From: Vulcanimicrobiales bacterium
GTDB taxonomy: Bacteria; Vulcanimicrobiota; Vulcanimicrobiia; Vulcanimicrobiales; Vulcanimicrobiaceae
Assembly (NCBI GenBank): GCA_038215615.1
Contig: JBBQQR010000008.1
Span: 15,946 to 79,945, forward strand
Length of the DNA: 64,000 bases
Direction of reading: 5' to 3'
How positions within the stretch are numbered: the stretch's first letter is position 1; every line of letters begins with the position of its first letter. Position numbers and translations under genes: made by a program. The notes under the pieces were generated by a model that was not told the origin of the DNA, made no database searches, and saw nothing but the letters and a program-made list of their open reading frames with translations. This document shows, piece by piece, positions 61,207-64,000 of this stretch.

Positions 61207-61848
61207 GTGGCCCATCTGCACCCATTGCTGACTCCGATCCCCATCAAGAACCGGCGCGTCTGGTACGACTTGGCACGTATCCTCTCGACGATCTTCAATC
61301 CATTCCTCACGGCGCTGGCGCTCTTCGTTATATTGTCCCACGTGCGCGCCGCCGGCACGGACGACTTTTGGCGCCTGCTCTTCCTCAGCACGTTCTTCAC
61401 GTCGATCGGACCGATGCTCTTCATCTTCTGGCTCTATGCGACGGACCGCATATCCGATCTCGACATGTCGATCCGCGAAGAACGCGAGAAGGTGTTTTTT
61501 GTATTCGTCATGTTCTATTTGGCCGGCACCGCCACGTTATGGCTGACCCACGCACCGAAACTGCTGGTCGCGTCCATGGCCGGGTATACGCTGGCGACCG
61601 CCGTGGTGCAGTACATCACGCGCTATTGGAAGATCAGCACGCACGCCGTCGGGATTACCGCGCCGCTGGTAGCGCTGAGTCTGCTCTACGGCCGCCAGCC
61701 GCTTCCGTTTCTCGTGCTCATTCCGATGGTCTGCTGGGCGCGCGTCTATTTGCGCGCGCACACCATCGCCCAAGTCGTGGCCGGCGCGTGCCTCGCGACG
61801 TTCAGCGTCGGCGTCTTCTTCTGGCTCTTTCATATCGTCGCGCTTTAG
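61207..61848 (+). CDS. PAP2-like integral membrane protein
   Basis: Multiple TMs with KISTH and ARVYLRAHT motifs. Confidence 0.7.
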   Translation: MAHLHPLLTPIPIKNRRVWYDLARILSTIFNPFLTALALFVILSHVRAAGTDDFWRLLFLSTFFTSIGPMLFIFWLYATDRISDLDMSIREEREKVFFVFVMFYLAGTATLWLTHAPKLLVASMAGYTLATAVVQYITRYWKISTHAVGITAPLVALSLLYGRQPLPFLVLIPMVCWARVYLRAHTIAQVVAGACLATFSVGVFFWLFHIVAL

Positions 61849-62330
61849 TCGTAACGCAGGTTAAAGCGGTGGGGCTCGTAGAGTTCCGGAGGACCCGCGC
61901 GTAACGCACCGGCTACAGCCCACAAACCAAGTGTATCGTCAAATACAAGAGCCGGCTGTTCGACATTGGCCGGAAGCAAGAACATCAAATGTTCCGTCTC
62001 GGCAGCCCCCAGTATCCGGTGTGCAGGAGTGCCCGCGCTCGCGTAGTACGTGCGGCCGCTATTGTCGAAGGCGTGCGCGCTGCGAAGCGTCCACCTGTAA
62101 CGCTCACCGAACGGACAGTACACCCGAACCGCGACTTCGTAGGCGCTCGTCCCGGCCGAAACCGGGTGATGCGCCACTTTGCTCACCGTGAAACCGGTTT
62201 CGTCGACCCACAGCACCGCGCCCAGAGGCACCGGCATCGGCGGGCGGCCGAAGATCGAAACGGCGTACACCGCCAACCCCAGTAAGCATGCGGCGAGCGT
62301 GATCCCCGCCGCCGCAGATAACTTTGTCAT
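61845..62330 (-). CDS. Membrane-anchored hypothetical protein (Ig-like fold possible)
   Basis: N-terminal TM, D.SGRTY and F.LP motifs. Confidence 0.55.
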   Translation of the reverse strand: MTKLSAAAGITLAACLLGLAVYAVSIFGRPPMPVPLGAVLWVDETGFTVSKVAHHPVSAGTSAYEVAVRVYCPFGERYRWTLRSAHAFDNSGRTYYASAGTPAHRILGAAETEHLMFLLPANVEQPALVFDDTLGLWAVAGALRAGPPELYEPHRFNLRYD

Positions 62331-62341
62331 GCAAAGTTATC
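62317..62341. promoter_or_regulatory. Operator-like perfect inverted repeat around a start codon
   Basis: GATAACTTTG-TCATG-CAAAGTTATC, overlapping a TG-N-TAGGAT -10 on the minus strand. Confidence 0.5.
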
Positions 62342-62387
62342 CTACCACGCCCAGGGCTTTAAATCGAGAACCGCCGAAGGGACGTTC

Positions 62388-62903
62388 ATGCATCTGAAAA
62401 GCGTCGCAGTTCTTTGCTTCTTGCTCATCGCGCCGTTAACCGCCGGGGCCCAAGACTCAAGCCGCGATGCGACGCGAACTCAGCTGGCGGACCTTCTGCA
62501 AACGGCCGGAGCGCGCGCCGACGTCGCAGTCGTGTTTCAGCAAAGCACGGAGAACTCGTACAACTTCGTTGGGACGATGACGACCGGCCTGGTGAATTCC
62601 GATTCGCTGGAGATCTTCATCAGCGTTACGAAGTCAGACACGATCGGTTTCACCATCTACCCTCACTATAAAGGCAGATACATCAATATCGGCAGAGCAA
62701 AGCTTGCAACTGCGCTGATGCGCAAGCTGCTGTACCTTAGCGGTCAGAATTTTCTGTTCTGGGGCACCGACGATACCGCGGACGTGTTTTCGGGTTATAA
62801 GATTACGCTCGAATCGGGCTTTCCGGCGGACGCTATCACGACCGTACTTCGCAGCATCCGTTATACCGACAAAGTCGTCGGGCAGCTGAAACCGTTTATT
62901 TAA
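62388..62903 (+). CDS. Secreted hypothetical protein
   Basis: Signal peptide ending AGA; SD-like GAAGGGA. Confidence 0.7.
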   Translation: MHLKSVAVLCFLLIAPLTAGAQDSSRDATRTQLADLLQTAGARADVAVVFQQSTENSYNFVGTMTTGLVNSDSLEIFISVTKSDTIGFTIYPHYKGRYINIGRAKLATALMRKLLYLSGQNFLFWGTDDTADVFSGYKITLESGFPADAITTVLRSIRYTDKVVGQLKPFI

Positions 62904-64000
62904 ACGGCCGGCGTCCGGACATGCTCCGGGCGGAAGCCGACGCCGATCAACCGGGCCGGAATGCGGCGCAGCGGCGGAAAGTATTTAAACGCTTCTAAGA
63001 AGAGCGGCCGTTTCGGCTGTTCTGGTGCATCCGCGCCGCGCAATATACGCGACATGAATGTGTTTTGTACGAGCAGTTGCAAGTTTTGCGTCATCACGGT
63101 CGGAAACGTCCGGCGCCGCTGCACCGCCGCCAAATCGGGAGCGCTGCCGGCCGACAGCGAGGGATATAGGATGTTGGCCGCCGCGACCGCGTCCTGTACC
63201 GCGAGATTGATCCCGACACCGCCGATTGGCGACATCGCGTGCGCGGCGTCGCCGATAAACAGCAAGCCGTCGCTATACCATTTTTCCAGCCGGTCAACTT
63301 GCACCGTCAGTAATTTGACGTCGTCCCAACTTTGCAGCGCGCCGACCCTGCCGGCAACGAACGGGGCCTGTTGAGCTACTCCGGAACGAAACGCTTCCAC
63401 ACCGCGCGCCTTGATCGCCTCGAACGACCCCTTGGGAATCACATACGCACACTGCCAGTACGTATCGCGCATCAGCATGACGAAAATTTTTCCCTGTTTG
63501 ATGTAGCCGAAGACCTGGCCGGGATCCGAAGGTTCGCGGGGCAGCCGCAGCCACAGCACGTCGATCGGCGCGCCGAAATCTTTCACCGGCAGCTGCGCCG
63601 AGTTGCGCAGCGTCGAGTGACGGCCGTCGGCCCCAACAGTGAGCTCCGCGCGGATCTCGATCTCACCTTGCGGACCCAAGGCACGCACGCCGGTGACCTT
63701 CGTTCCCTCGTTCATCGTTTCGAGCGCCTCGGCTTTCATGAGAAGGTGGAACGCCGGATAGTGCCGCCCTCGCTCGGCCAGGAAATTCAAAAAGTTCCAT
63801 TGCGGCATAAACGCCAAGAATTTGCAGTGCGTCGGTACGTGGCTCAAATCGACGAACGGATAGACCTTGTCGTTGACGACGCCCGAGAACTGCGTGATCT
63901 CGCTATGCGGAAGCGCCAGGAACGCATCGAGCAAACCGAGCTCCCAGATGATGTCTAGCGTCGACGGATGGATCGTGTCGCCGCGAAAATCGCGTAAGAA
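62900..64000 (-). CDS. FAD-dependent oxidoreductase/monooxygenase (UbiH-like), 5' end outside window
   Basis: Frame open to the window edge (FLRDFRGDTIHPST); GADGRHS and IGDAAHAMSPIGGVGINLA motifs. Confidence 0.92.
   Translation of the reverse strand, partial: FLRDFRGDTIHPSTLDIIWELGLLDAFLALPHSEITQFSGVVNDKVYPFVDLSHVPTHCKFLAFMPQWNFLNFLAERGRHYPAFHLLMKAEALETMNEGTKVTGVRALGPQGEIEIRAELTVGADGRHSTLRNSAQLPVKDFGAPIDVLWLRLPREPSDPGQVFGYIKQGKIFVMLMRDTYWQCAYVIPKGSFEAIKARGVEAFRSGVAQQAPFVAGRVGALQSWDDVKLLTVQVDRLEKWYSDGLLFIGDAAHAMSPIGGVGINLAVQDAVAAANILYPSLSAGSAPDLAAVQRRRTFPTVMTQNLQLLVQNTFMSRILRGADAPEQPKRPLFLEAFKYFPPLRRIPARLIGVGFRPEHVRTPAV

Overview
A GC-rich, densely coding bacterial chromosomal segment that is mostly housekeeping and metabolic. 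The mix of outer-membrane TolC and LolA-like proteins with ClpC, OpcA and an actinobacterial-style acyl-CoA carboxylase suggests a diderm Terrabacteria lineage such as Vulcanimicrobiota/Eremiobacterota (inference only). Contents in order: gnd-zwf-opcA-pgl; a LolA-like/TetR/HlyD/TolC operon with a palindromic operator; a class A beta-lactamase-like hydrolase; hutH-hutU-hutI-hutF; a WYL regulator; clpC; a GGDEF protein; pccB-fabI-epsilon subunit-pccA-mutA-mce; a two-component system with PepSY and an RND efflux system; a peptidoglycan-recycling operon (nagZ, serine hydrolase, anmK, sugar kinase, murQ, DUF4127-like); GH20, S9 peptidase and acyltransferase genes; dxs-secG-oppD-oppF. I saw no IS, phage, tRNA, rRNA or CRISPR array. 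Most notable observations: (1) a structured palindromic repeat family (stem-GAGC-[loop or hairpin]-GTCGA-stem) lying in frame inside three unrelated genes, giving homologous 22-aa peptides in HutI and the biotin carboxylase, with compensatory base changes; (2) a candidate ~200-nt structured ncRNA with its own promoter and terminator, convergent on the WYL gene; (3) an internally collapsed VOC gene kept as a 34-codon translational coupler between hutH and hutU; (4) repeated very short, uncharged signal-like leaders plus a SecG with an N-terminal extension. All family assignments come from motif recognition, not database searches.
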